Assembly: GCA_034520945.1 (NCBI GenBank)
Contig: JAXHNB010000005.1
Coordinates: forward strand, 256,001 to 320,000
Direction of reading: 5' to 3'
Length of the DNA: 64,000 bases
Origin: Trueperaceae bacterium
GTDB lineage: Bacteria; Deinococcota; Deinococci; Deinococcales; Trueperaceae
The position numbers and the translations under genes were made by a program. The notes below the pieces were generated by a model that had not been told where the DNA came from, did not search any database, and saw only the letters and a program-made list of their open reading frames with translations. Each line of letters opens with the position of its first letter. The stretch's first letter is position 1. This document shows, one piece after another, positions 28,005 through 37,239 of this stretch.

Positions 28005-30338
28005 ATGCCGCCGCCCACCGCCTCCGATACGGAGGGCCCCGCCGCGTTCGAAAGCTTCCACGCCTGGCTGCGTTCGCTTCCTGACGGCGCCGAGCGTATC
28101 GCCGCGCACGCCTTCCTGCCGCCCCGCTCGGGCCGCCAAGGGGGCGAGGTGGCCGCGCCGTACCGGTCGTGGCTGCGGCGCCTGGGCCTGACGCCATGGC
28201 GGCACCAGGCCATCGCCTTGAACCACCTGGCGGGCGGCCGGGACGTGGTGCTGGCGACGCCGACGGCTTCGGGCAAGTCGCTGGCGTATCAGCTGCCCGC
28301 GCTGCACGCGGTGGACGCGGACCGCACCGCCCTGCTGATGTTTCCCACCAAGGCGCTGGCCAACGATCAGTGGGCGGCGCTGTGCGCCATGGCGGAGGCG
28401 GCGGGCCTCGACCTGCCCGAGCGGGGCATCGCGCGCTACGACGGCGACACGCCGCGCCAGGCGCGGCGCCGGCTGCGCGAAGAGGCGTCGGTGGTGCTGA
28501 CCAATCCGGACATGCTGCACCTCGGGATCCTCCCCTTCCACGCCGGCTGGGCGTCGTTCCTGGCCCGCCTGGACGTGATCGTCATCGACGAGCTGCACGC
28601 CTACCGCGGCGTGCTGGGGAGCCATGTCGCGGGCGTGCTCCGTAGGCTGCTCCGCCTGGCGGCGCACTACGGCGCACGGCCGCGCGTGGTGGCGGCCAGT
28701 GCCACCATTCAAAACCCCGCGGGGCTGTACCGCGCGCTGAGTGGCCGCGACGCGGAGATCGTGGCCGAGGACGACGCCCCGCACGGCCCACGCGAGGTCG
28801 TGTTCTGGGAGCCGCCGGCCCGCCCCGGCGGGGACGGGCGACGCCGCAGTCCGGTGGCGGAGGCGGCGGGCTTGGCGGCGACCTTCGTTCGCACAGGCGT
28901 GAAGAGCCTGTTCTTCTGCAACTCCCGCAAGGCCGCGGAGCTGGTGCGCCGGTACGCGGCCGCGCACCTGAGCGACGCGGAGGCGCGCACCATCGACGCC
29001 TACCGGGCCGGCTACGACGCCTCGGAGCGCAGCGCGATCGAGGCGTCGTTCCGTCGCGGCGAGGTGCGGGTGCTGGTGTCCACCAGCGCCATGGAGCTCG
29101 GCGTGGACGTCGGCGGCGTGGACGCCGTCGTGATGGTGGGGTACCCGGGCTCGATCATGTCGTTCTGGCAGCGGGCCGGACGTGCCGGTCGCGGCGGGGC
29201 GCGCTCGTTGACGCTGCTGGTTCCCGGCGACGACCCGCTCGACGACCACTACCTACGCCATCCGCACCAGGTCACCGACGGAAGCGTCGAGGCGGCCGTG
29301 GCGGATCCGCACAACGAGGTGATCCACCCGGCGCACGTGGTGTGCGCCGCGGCGGAACGCCCCGTCCACCCGGGGGAGGACTGGTTGCGTCCGGGGCTCG
29401 ACCTGGAGGCCGTGCCGGGGCTGTACGCGCTCGGGTCACGGTACGCCTCGGTGCGTCGCTTCCCGCAGCGGCGGGTTTCGCTCCGGGGGGGCGGGGGGCG
29501 GCGGGTCCGGTTGGTGGAGGCGTCGAGCGGTCGTTCGTTGGGTCACGCCGACGCCGGGCGCGCCGTGCGGGAGCTGCACCCGGGGGCGGTACACCTGTAC
29601 CGGGGCGAACCGTACCTGGTGGTGGACCTGGACCTGGAGGCGGCCACGGCGACGCTGGTGCCGCACATCGAGGACTGGTACACCCAGGTCCGCGGCGAGA
29701 CGCGCGTCGAGATCCTGGACGGCGCCCAGGGCGGCGACACCGGGCGGCGCGTGGCCGAGCTGCTGTCCCTTCCGCCCGGCGTGCGCGTCGGCCGGGTACG
29801 CGTGGTGGAGGAGGTGACGTCGTACGTCCGCAAGCGCTACCGCACCGAGGCGATCCTGGAGGAGGTGCCCCTCGATCTGCCGGAGAGCAGCTACCTCACA
29901 CGCGCGATGTGGACGACGTTCACACCCGAGGCGACGGACGGCGTGCTGCCCGCCGGTTCGCTTCCCGCCGCGATGCATGCCCTGGAGCACGCCATGATCG
30001 GGCTGCTGCCCGCGTTCGTGCTGTGCGAGCGGGCCGACGTGGGCGGGGTGTCGTACCCGCTGCACCCGCAGTTGGCCGAGCCGGCCATGTTCGTGTACGA
30101 CGGCGCGCCGGGGGGCGTGGGGTACGCGGAGGCCGGCGCGTCGCAGCTGCAGCGTTGGCTGGCTGCGGCGCACGCGCGCTTGCGCGATTGCCCCTGTCGT
30201 GCCGGGTGCCCCCGCTGCATCCTCTCGCCCAAGTGCGGAAACGGCAATCAATACCTCGACAAGGCGGCCGCCTTCGCGCTGGCGGACGCGTGGGCCGGGC
30301 GGTTGGCGGAGGGCGCCGCGGCGGTCGTGCGGGCGTGA
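28005..30338 (+). CDS. DEAH-box helicase with C-terminal DUF1998 zinc-binding domain (MrfA/YprA/SftH/Hrq1-like)
   Basis: TPTASGKSL, PTKALANDQ, TNPDMLH, IDELH, SAT, ELGVDVG, QRAGRAGR, YDGAPGGVG, CPCRAGCPRC. Confidence 0.92.
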   Translation: MPPPTASDTEGPAAFESFHAWLRSLPDGAERIAAHAFLPPRSGRQGGEVAAPYRSWLRRLGLTPWRHQAIALNHLAGGRDVVLATPTASGKSLAYQLPALHAVDADRTALLMFPTKALANDQWAALCAMAEAAGLDLPERGIARYDGDTPRQARRRLREEASVVLTNPDMLHLGILPFHAGWASFLARLDVIVIDELHAYRGVLGSHVAGVLRRLLRLAAHYGARPRVVAASATIQNPAGLYRALSGRDAEIVAEDDAPHGPREVVFWEPPARPGGDGRRRSPVAEAAGLAATFVRTGVKSLFFCNSRKAAELVRRYAAAHLSDAEARTIDAYRAGYDASERSAIEASFRRGEVRVLVSTSAMELGVDVGGVDAVVMVGYPGSIMSFWQRAGRAGRGGARSLTLLVPGDDPLDDHYLRHPHQVTDGSVEAAVADPHNEVIHPAHVVCAAAERPVHPGEDWLRPGLDLEAVPGLYALGSRYASVRRFPQRRVSLRGGGGRRVRLVEASSGRSLGHADAGRAVRELHPGAVHLYRGEPYLVVDLDLEAATATLVPHIEDWYTQVRGETRVEILDGAQGGDTGRRVAELLSLPPGVRVGRVRVVEEVTSYVRKRYRTEAILEEVPLDLPESSYLTRAMWTTFTPEATDGVLPAGSLPAAMHALEHAMIGLLPAFVLCERADVGGVSYPLHPQLAEPAMFVYDGAPGGVGYAEAGASQLQRWLAAAHARLRDCPCRAGCPRCILSPKCGNGNQYLDKAAAFALADAWAGRLAEGAAAVVRA

Positions 30339-30369
30339 GCTGCACCCCTGGGTGCTACACTGCGCGGCC

Positions 30370-31230
30370 ATGCGCGTCGGATTCGTCACCAACCTGCTGT
30401 GGGATCGGTACGGCCCGTTCTGGGTGGGGTTGCTCGAGGCCGCAGGCGCGGAGGTCCGACTGCCCGACCCCGAGCGCGTGCGGAAGGTGTGGGACGATCC
30501 GCGCCTCGACGTGGTGGCGGGGACCGCGTTTCGGCGCGCCGTCGCCGAGGCGCTGGCGCTGGCCGGGTGCGACCGGATCGTCGCGCCGGCGTTGAACCCC
30601 GGGTACGAAGGTTCGCGCGGCAGCGCGCAGGATCCGTTCGTGGCGCGCTTCCCCGAAGCGTTGGCGCAGGCGGTGCCCGGCCTGCCGCCGGTGGTGGCGG
30701 TGCCGGCCGATCTGGAGGCGCCGGGACTGGCGCCACTGGCCATCGACACCCTGCAGATGGTGGCGCCGGGGCCCGCCGCGGTGCGGCGGGTATGGCAGAC
30801 GCACCGCGCGTCGGCTCGGCCGCCTCGGCCCCCGGGCGGCATGCCGGAGGCGCCGCCCTCGACCGACGTCGTCGCGTTGGTCGGTCAGCCGTGGTCGTTG
30901 AACGAGGGCGTGGAGCGGGCGTTGCAGGGGCCGGGGGAGCTGGTGGTGTCGGCCGCGCGCTTCCCCCCGCGCGCGTTGCGCGAGGAGGGGACGCGCGTCG
31001 AGGCGGGCCTGGCGCCGACCGACGCCGAGGCGCTGGGGGCGGTGCGGCGATTCGCCCGCAGCGGCACCGTGACGCGGGTGCGGATGGTGGTGGATCCCGC
31101 CTCGGGCGCGGACGCATGGTTGGCGCGCAGGGCGCAGGCCTGGGTGCGCCGGCCGTTCGAGACCGTGCCGCCGCCCGATCTCGGGGCGCACGAGGACGCC
31201 GCCGCGTCCACGGCGTTCCCAGAGGACTGA
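30370..31230 (+). CDS. Hypothetical protein, weak resemblance to acyl-CoA dehydratase/activase-associated (DUF2229-like) proteins
   Basis: MRVGFVTNLLWDRYGPFW..LLEAAGAEV N-terminus, VALVGQPW. ATG 8 nt after TACACT. Confidence 0.5.
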   Translation: MRVGFVTNLLWDRYGPFWVGLLEAAGAEVRLPDPERVRKVWDDPRLDVVAGTAFRRAVAEALALAGCDRIVAPALNPGYEGSRGSAQDPFVARFPEALAQAVPGLPPVVAVPADLEAPGLAPLAIDTLQMVAPGPAAVRRVWQTHRASARPPRPPGGMPEAPPSTDVVALVGQPWSLNEGVERALQGPGELVVSAARFPPRALREEGTRVEAGLAPTDAEALGAVRRFARSGTVTRVRMVVDPASGADAWLARRAQAWVRRPFETVPPPDLGAHEDAAASTAFPED

Positions 31231-31234
31231 CGCC

Positions 31235-31552
31235 TTGGGATGGGTGTTGATGCTCGCGGCCTTCGGGTACGCCGTGTCGGGCGCGTTCGGGGCCTGGACG
31301 GTGGTGCGGCGCCGACCGCGGCTGGCGTTCCTGTTCATGACGGCGGCGTCGGTGCTCACGGTCGGCGGTGTGGCCGCCGCCTATCGCCTGCCCGAGACCT
31401 GGTGGCTGCTGGCGCTCGGCGCGGCGGGATCCTCGCTGGCCTCGTACCTGAACGCTCGCCTGGTTCTGGGGAGGATGGTGGCGCGCAACCACGCCGCCCG
31501 CGCCGTGGCGGGCGCCCTGCTGGCGGTGCTGGCGGCGTGGACGTTGCCGTGA
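31235..31552 (+). CDS. Small hypothetical membrane protein (about 4 TM helices)
   Basis: Hydrophobic 105-aa ORF filling the gap directly after the upstream gene. Start codon uncertain. Confidence 0.6.
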   Translation: MGWVLMLAAFGYAVSGAFGAWTVVRRRPRLAFLFMTAASVLTVGGVAAAYRLPETWWLLALGAAGSSLASYLNARLVLGRMVARNHAARAVAGALLAVLAAWTLP

Positions 31553-31604
31553 GGCGCCCGGCGCGCAGGGGCGCCGCCGGGCGCCGACCCTGCGCCGCCG
31601 ACGC

Positions 31605-32798
31605 TCAGAACGCCGCGTGCCCCGTGATTTCCCGCCCCAACAGCAGGGTGTGCACCGTGTCGGTCCCCTCGTAGGTCGACACCGTCTCCAGGTTCAGCAT
31701 GTGCCGAATGGCCGCGTACTCGGTGGTGATGCCGTTCCCGCCCAGCAGGTCGCGGGCGGCCCGTGCCACATTCAGTGCAGCGCGCACATTGTCGCGCTTG
31801 GCGAGGCTGACGCGAGCGGGGGTGTCCTTGCCGTCGTCCTTGAGGCGTCCCAGGTGGTAGGCCAGCAGGCTTCCCTTGGTCAGGTCGCCCAGCATGTCCG
31901 CCAGGCGGGCCTGCACCAGCTGCTTGGCGCTCAGCGGCTCGCCGAAGGCGGGGCGCTCCTCGAGGTAGCGCACCGCCTCCTCGAAGCAGGCGAAGCCCGC
32001 CCCCAGGGCCCCGAAGGCGATCCCGTAGCGCGCCTGGTTCAGGCACGACAGGGCGCCCCCCAGTCCGACGACGTCCAAGCGGTCCGCGTCCGGGACGGCA
32101 ACGTCGTCCAGCCGAAGCTCGCTGGTCACGCTGGCCCGCATCGACGCCTTGGTCTTGATGTCCTCGGCGGAGAACCCGTCCGCGTCGGTCGGCACGGCGA
32201 AGCCCAGCACCCGGCCGGAGTCGTCGTCACGGGCCCACACGATCGCGACGTCGGCCCGGCTGCCGCTGGTGATCCAGCGCTTCACGCCGCGGATCACCCA
32301 GTCGCCTCCGACCTGGTGACAGCGCGTGGTCATGGCGGCCGGGTCGCTGCCGGCGTCCGGTTCGGTGAGGCCGAAACAGCCGATCGCCTCGCCGCGCGCC
32401 AACGGCGGCAGCCAGCGGGTGCGGAGCGCCTCCGACCCGTAGGTGTGGATCGGCCACATCACCAGGCTGGACTGCACGCTCACGAAGCTTCGCAGGCCGC
32501 TGTCGGCGTACTCGAGCTCCCGGTTCACCAGCCCGTACGCGGTGTGCGAGGCGCCCGCCCCCCCGTACGCCTCGGGCAACGCCACGCCCAGCATGCCCAT
32601 CTCGCCGAAGGCGCGCGGGAGGTGCTCCGGGAAGATCCCCTCGCGCCACCATTCGCCCACGTGCGGGAGAAGCTCGCCCTGCACGAACTCGCGCACGCTG
32701 TCTCGGATCATGCGCTCTTCCGGGGCGTACAGGCCGTCGATCTCGTAGAAGTCCTGGAGCTCGCGCCCCGTCTTGGTCTCGCTCGGTGCGGGGGTCAT
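31605..32798 (-). CDS. Acyl-CoA dehydrogenase (glutaryl-CoA dehydrogenase-like)
   Basis: SVQSSLVMWPI, GCFGLTEPDAGSDP, KRWIT, CLNQARYGI, LGGNGI, TYEGT. AAAGGA RBS. Confidence 0.9.
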   Translation of the reverse strand: MTPAPSETKTGRELQDFYEIDGLYAPEERMIRDSVREFVQGELLPHVGEWWREGIFPEHLPRAFGEMGMLGVALPEAYGGAGASHTAYGLVNRELEYADSGLRSFVSVQSSLVMWPIHTYGSEALRTRWLPPLARGEAIGCFGLTEPDAGSDPAAMTTRCHQVGGDWVIRGVKRWITSGSRADVAIVWARDDDSGRVLGFAVPTDADGFSAEDIKTKASMRASVTSELRLDDVAVPDADRLDVVGLGGALSCLNQARYGIAFGALGAGFACFEEAVRYLEERPAFGEPLSAKQLVQARLADMLGDLTKGSLLAYHLGRLKDDGKDTPARVSLAKRDNVRAALNVARAARDLLGGNGITTEYAAIRHMLNLETVSTYEGTDTVHTLLLGREITGHAAF

Positions 32799-32817
32799 GG
32801 CGTCCTTTCGAAGCGGT

Positions 32818-33060
32818 TCACTCGCCGAACAGTCGGCGAAGCGCGTCGGCCTTGTCGGTCTTCGGCACGCAGGCGTAGCGGCCGTCCGTGGTTTCACGCA
32901 CGCGCTCCGCCTCCACCAGGGCGGTGAGGGAGGCTTCGATCGTGTCGGGGGCGAGCTCGTCGCCGTGCACGTCGTCGATCCAGCGTTGAATCTCCCGTAG
33001 CGTGGCGCCACGCTCGCCGGAGGATTCGACGGCTTCGAACACCCACTCGTCGACGGTCAT
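32818..33060 (-). CDS. Small hypothetical protein, winged-helix-like
   Basis: MTVDEWVFEAVESSGERGATLREIQRWID...DGRY. ATG 6 nt after TACACT. Confidence 0.6.
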   Translation of the reverse strand: MTVDEWVFEAVESSGERGATLREIQRWIDDVHGDELAPDTIEASLTALVEAERVRETTDGRYACVPKTDKADALRRLFGE

Positions 33061-33112
33061 GGCGCGAGTGTACCGGCACGCGGGGGTGTGGGAGCCGGAC
33101 CGCGACGGGGCG

Positions 33113-34099
33113 TCACGAGGTGCGCGCGACCCCGCCCTCCGGTGCGTCGTCGGGGTCGCGGCGGTAGACCTCGCGCGGCCCGGAGGAGGCCTTCGACCAG
33201 GGGGGCGTACGGTCCATCCGGATCGCATCCACCGGGCAGGCCGAGACGCAGGCGTCACAACCGATGCACGCGGCGGGGTCCAGCACCAACGCCCCGCCCC
33301 CGTTCGCGTCGAACGTGCGCGAGAACGCGTCGGTCGGGCATACCCGCGTACAGACCGGACACAGGATGCACGTCTCGTCGACGTCGGGGACCGGCCAGGG
33401 TACGTGCGTCTCGGGCACCAGATCGGACAGTTCGAGCGCACGCCAACGCCGGGCCGGCTCCTCGGGGAGGTCGTCCTCCTCGCCGCCTGGATCCAGCGGG
33501 GCGAGCGCGTCGGCGGCACTGCGCGCGACGTTTCTCCAGCCTCCCTGCAGCAGGCTGCGACGGTCCATGCGTTCCTGCGTGCCCGTGTCGTCCTGGCGAT
33601 CGGTGACCTCGACGCGGATGGTGCGTTCGACGCCCCGCAACGCGAGCAATTCCTGGGCGTCGGCCACCACCCCGTCGATCGCTTCGGCCACCGCGGCGTT
33701 GCCGATCGGGCAATCCGCGCACTCGGCGCGTGCGAGGGTGACCTCGTCGTGTCCACGGACGAGGCGGTGCAGATCGCTGGGGCGTAGCCGGCCCAGGCAG
33801 TGCACCGTTTGTGCGTTCCCCTCGACCTGCGAGCACTTGACCGAACCCGTGCTCGGCAGCCGAACGTTGGAGGTCAGGGCCTCCGACGGGCATGCCTGCA
33901 GGCACAACCCGCAGCCGCTACAGTCCACGTCGTCGATCTCGACGCCGCGGCTACGTACGGTCACGGCGTCGTGGGGACATACTTCGGCGCAGCGCCGGCA
34001 GGCGGCCGGAGACTGCCGTACCGCCAGGCACCGTGACTTCGTGAACGTGGGCCGCACGTCAGCCGCACGAAACACGTAATTCAGCAGGTCGTCGAACAT
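33113..34099 (-). CDS. Multi-[4Fe-4S] ferredoxin-like protein
   Basis: CxxCxxxCP, CSGCGLCLQACP, CILCPVCTRVCP, CIGCDACVSACP. Confidence 0.85.
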   Translation of the reverse strand: MFDDLLNYVFRAADVRPTFTKSRCLAVRQSPAACRRCAEVCPHDAVTVRSRGVEIDDVDCSGCGLCLQACPSEALTSNVRLPSTGSVKCSQVEGNAQTVHCLGRLRPSDLHRLVRGHDEVTLARAECADCPIGNAAVAEAIDGVVADAQELLALRGVERTIRVEVTDRQDDTGTQERMDRRSLLQGGWRNVARSAADALAPLDPGGEEDDLPEEPARRWRALELSDLVPETHVPWPVPDVDETCILCPVCTRVCPTDAFSRTFDANGGGALVLDPAACIGCDACVSACPVDAIRMDRTPPWSKASSGPREVYRRDPDDAPEGGVARTS

Positions 34100-34143
34100 C
34101 CTCGCCTACCCACGTCTCTGAAGCGTCGGGGAACGCGTAGGCA

Positions 34144-35244
34144 TCAGAAGCCGTACACCTCGTGTCGCTCGGGGGTGAGCTTCTTGTGGTAGCCGGTCGC
34201 CTCGAGGTAGGCGTCGAAGTCGTCGAAGTCGACTTGCTGCTTCTGGTCGGACAGCGCCACGGCTGGGTTGGGGTGTACCTCGACCATGATCCCGTTGGCC
34301 CCAACGGCGAGCCCCGCCTTGGTGAGGGGGACCAGCAGGTCGCGACGTCCACCGGAGTGCGTCACGTCCACGATCACGGGAAGATGGGTCTCGAGCTTGG
34401 CCAGCGCGACGCTGGACACGTCCAACGTGTTGCGGGTCGTCGGTTCGTAGGTGCGGATCCCCCGTTCGCAGAGGATCACGTTGGGGTTGCCTTCGTACAG
34501 CAGGTACTCGGCGGCCATCACCCATTCCTGCACGGTCGCGGCCAGGCCGCGCTTGAGCAGGATGGGTCGGCTGCTGCGCCCGAGGGCACGGAGCAGGGTG
34601 AAGTTGTGCATGTTGCGCGCGCCGACCTGCAACACGTCGACGTATTCCTCGAACGCGGGAAGGTCACGCGCATCCATGATCTCGGCCACGAAGCCCAGGC
34701 CGTGCGCGTCGCACGCTTCCCGGCCCAGCTTGAGGCCTTCGACCCCCAGGCCTTGGAAGGAATAGGGGTCGGTCCGCGGTTTGAACGCGCCACCACGGAA
34801 CAGGCGTACGCCGCGCGACGCCATCCGCTCGGCGGTCAGCATCACCTGCTCGCGCGACTCGATCGCGCAGGGACCGGCGATGAGGACGGGCGACTCGCCG
34901 TTGCCGACGCGGACGTCGCCGATCTCGACGTGCGTGTCGTGCTCTGGGGACCGGCGCGAGATGAGGTAGCTTTTCTTGTCCTGCTCCTGCTCCAGGTGCA
35001 TCGACGCCTGGAAGATCTGTTTGAACAGGCTCTTTACGGTGGCGTCGTCGAACGGCCCGCGATTGGCCTCGGTCAGGGTCTCCAACATCTCTTGCTCGCG
35101 GATTGGGTCGTAATGGGACGAGCCCGCCTTGGTCTGGAGCTCCCCGATCGATTCCGCGATCTCGGCGCGTCGTGAGAGGAGTTCGAGAATCTCGAGGTTC
35201 AGCGAGTCGATCTCATTCCGGAGGCTCCGGATCTGATGTTCCAT
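34144..35244 (-). CDS. Bifunctional chorismate mutase / DAHP synthase (type I-beta, AroAG-like)
   Basis: N-terminal AroQ-like domain (LRNEIDSLN...YDPIREQEML), IAGPCAIES, GGAFKPRT, QVGARNM, LCERGIRT. Confidence 0.92.
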   Translation of the reverse strand: MEHQIRSLRNEIDSLNLEILELLSRRAEIAESIGELQTKAGSSHYDPIREQEMLETLTEANRGPFDDATVKSLFKQIFQASMHLEQEQDKKSYLISRRSPEHDTHVEIGDVRVGNGESPVLIAGPCAIESREQVMLTAERMASRGVRLFRGGAFKPRTDPYSFQGLGVEGLKLGREACDAHGLGFVAEIMDARDLPAFEEYVDVLQVGARNMHNFTLLRALGRSSRPILLKRGLAATVQEWVMAAEYLLYEGNPNVILCERGIRTYEPTTRNTLDVSSVALAKLETHLPVIVDVTHSGGRRDLLVPLTKAGLAVGANGIMVEVHPNPAVALSDQKQQVDFDDFDAYLEATGYHKKLTPERHEVYGF

Positions 35245-35941
35245 GGCGTTCCTTCCGCTGTGAGAGACGCACGACGACGATACTGAGCTCGTAGAGTATC
35301 ACGAGCGGCCCGGCCACCAGCGCGAAGTTGAAGGGGTCCCCCGTCGGCGTGATCACGGCCGCCAACGCCAAGCCCGTCACCAAGGCCCACTTGCGCTGAC
35401 GGACCATCACCGGATGCTGCAGGAGGCCGATGCGGGCCAGGAGGAAGGCCAAGACCGGCATTTCGAACATCACGCCGAACACGGCCATCAGCGTCAGCAG
35501 ATTGGTGATGTAGCGCCCGATCGACAGCAGCCCCTGCGCCTGTTCGCCCAGGAACCCGAGGAGGATCGGGATCGTGAACGGGAGGACGACGTAATACGAG
35601 AACAGGACGCCGGATGCGAACGCCAAGGCCGTAAGCGCGATGAACGGCACGGCGTAGCGGCGTTCTTCGGGGTAGAGGCCGGGGGCGATGAAGCCCCAGA
35701 TCTGCGACACGATCGCTGGCGACGCCAGCACCAATCCGAAGAACGAGGCGATCTGCATACTGGTGACGAACGGCTCGAGGATCGAGAAGTAGTTCAGCGT
35801 CATCGCGTCGGGCAGCGGAGCCTGCAACCACGCGAGCACGCGGAACCGGAAGATGAAGGTGATCCCTGCCGCCACCACCCACGCGCCGAGCGATACGAAC
35901 AAGCGGGTGCGGAGCTCGGCGAAGTGATCGATCAGCGTCAT
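35213..35941 (-). CDS. tatC: Twin-arginine translocase subunit TatC
   Basis: MTLIDHFAELRTRL, QIWGFIAPGLYPEE, FEMPV, AAVITPTGDP, LYELSI. Confidence 0.95.
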   Translation of the reverse strand: MTLIDHFAELRTRLFVSLGAWVVAAGITFIFRFRVLAWLQAPLPDAMTLNYFSILEPFVTSMQIASFFGLVLASPAIVSQIWGFIAPGLYPEERRYAVPFIALTALAFASGVLFSYYVVLPFTIPILLGFLGEQAQGLLSIGRYITNLLTLMAVFGVMFEMPVLAFLLARIGLLQHPVMVRQRKWALVTGLALAAVITPTGDPFNFALVAGPLVILYELSIVVVRLSQRKERHGTSDPEPPE

Positions 35942-36019
35942 GGTGAAAGGCTACCTTGCACACGAACCCCCCGCCCGCGGCTGCGACGGCGCCACGCTGA
36001 CAGGATCTGGGGGGGTGGT

Positions 36020-36373
36020 TCAGGCCTCGGGCGCGGCCGTCTTCGAGCGGGTCTTCTCCTCGGTGCGGTCCTGTTCGCCTTCGCCGGCCGGCGCTTCTTC
36101 GGTGGCCTCGGCGGCCTGCGCGTCGGCGGGTTCCTCGGTGGGCTCGGAGCGGGGCGCCGCGGGTGCGGCCTTCGCGGCCGTCCTCTCCCGTTCGGACGTG
36201 CCTTCCGCGCCCTCCTCGAAGTCCTCCTTCATGTCACGAACGCCCTTTCGGAACTCGCGGACCGACTGCCCGATTCCTTTGGCCATCTCGGGAAGGCGGC
36301 GCGGGCCGAAAATCAACAAGACCACCACCAGGATGATCAGCAGTTCCCAAATGCCAAGCGGACCGATGCGCAT
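36020..36373 (-). CDS. tatA: Twin-arginine translocase TatA/E family subunit
   Basis: GIWELLIILVVVLLIFGPRRLPE..KGIG....EFRKG. AGGAGGT RBS 7 nt before ATG 36373. Confidence 0.9.
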   Translation of the reverse strand: MRIGPLGIWELLIILVVVLLIFGPRRLPEMAKGIGQSVREFRKGVRDMKEDFEEGAEGTSERERTAAKAAPAAPRSEPTEEPADAQAAEATEEAPAGEGEQDRTEEKTRSKTAAPEA

Positions 36374-36586
36374 ACCCACGACCTCCTAAACAAACGCTAG
36401 CACGATCGTCGGTACCAGGGAGGGCCGAACGTCCGGGGCGGGTTCGCGTCCAGCGCTACGCGCATCGATCGTTCGGCTCGCCCGTCCTGGTGGCCCGTCG
36501 TAGGGGGCGACGGCGATGCCATGGAGCGGCCCGTCCCCCGATGGCGGCGCGCCGGTTCCGGCCTTCGTGGACCCGAGAATCCGTTG

Positions 36587-36615
36587 TTGACACCCCCATG
36601 GGCCCATGCTAGGCT
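36587..36615 (+). promoter_or_regulatory. Sigma70 promoter of the tRNA-tuf operon
   Basis: TTGACA (36587-36592), 17 nt, TAGGCT (36610-36615) with a TG extension. Confidence 0.75.
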
Positions 36616-36665
36616 TCCCCTCCGGACGTTGGCTCATGGCGTCTGGACGCTGCCGCGAGGAGGAT

Positions 36666-36741
36666 GCCACCCTAGCTCAATTGGCAGAGCATCCGACTTG
36701 TAATCGGAAGGTTGTCGGTTCGACTCCGATGGGTGGCTCCA
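36666..36741 (+). tRNA. tRNA-Thr(TGT)
   Basis: Acceptor GCCACCC/GGGTGGC, anticodon loop CT-TGT-AA, GTTCGA T-loop, encoded CCA. Confidence 0.95.
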
Positions 36742-36779
36742 GCACCGTGACCGAGGTCCGCGCGGCTCCGGGTTCGCCC

Positions 36780-36864
36780 GGGCAGGTGCCCGAGTGGTTA
36801 AAGGGGACGGTCTGTAAAACCGTTGGCTACGCCTTCGCTGGTTCGAATCCAGCCCTGCCCACCA
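36780..36864 (+). tRNA. tRNA-Tyr(GTA)
   Basis: Acceptor GGGCAGG/CCTGCCC, anticodon loop CT-GTA-AA, long variable arm, GTTCGAA, ACCA end. Confidence 0.95.
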
Positions 36865-36927
36865 CGCTAGGAGCCGTTCCGGGGGCGCGCCTCCGGGGGT
36901 CCGGGTCCGGGGTCCGCCCCGATCCGT

Positions 36928-37003
<76 letters not shown>

Positions 37004-37047
37004 AGCATCTCCGGCTGCCGTCGGAGGTGCGCTCGGGTCCCGAGTAG

Positions 37048-37122
<75 letters not shown>

Positions 37123-37239
37123 ATCTGGATCCCAGGCCCGCGTGATCGGCACGGAGCGTCCGGCCGGTCACGCAGATGCTGCCGCCGCGCCTGACGTACG
37201 ACACCCTCCCAGGCCGGCCCCCAGGAAAGGACGATTGTC

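Noticed and set aside
28005..30338. DUF1998 helicase as part of a DISARM or Druantia defence system
   Set aside because: No methylase, SNF2 helicase, PLD nuclease or other partner genes nearby. The architecture fits the single-chain MrfA/SftH repair type.
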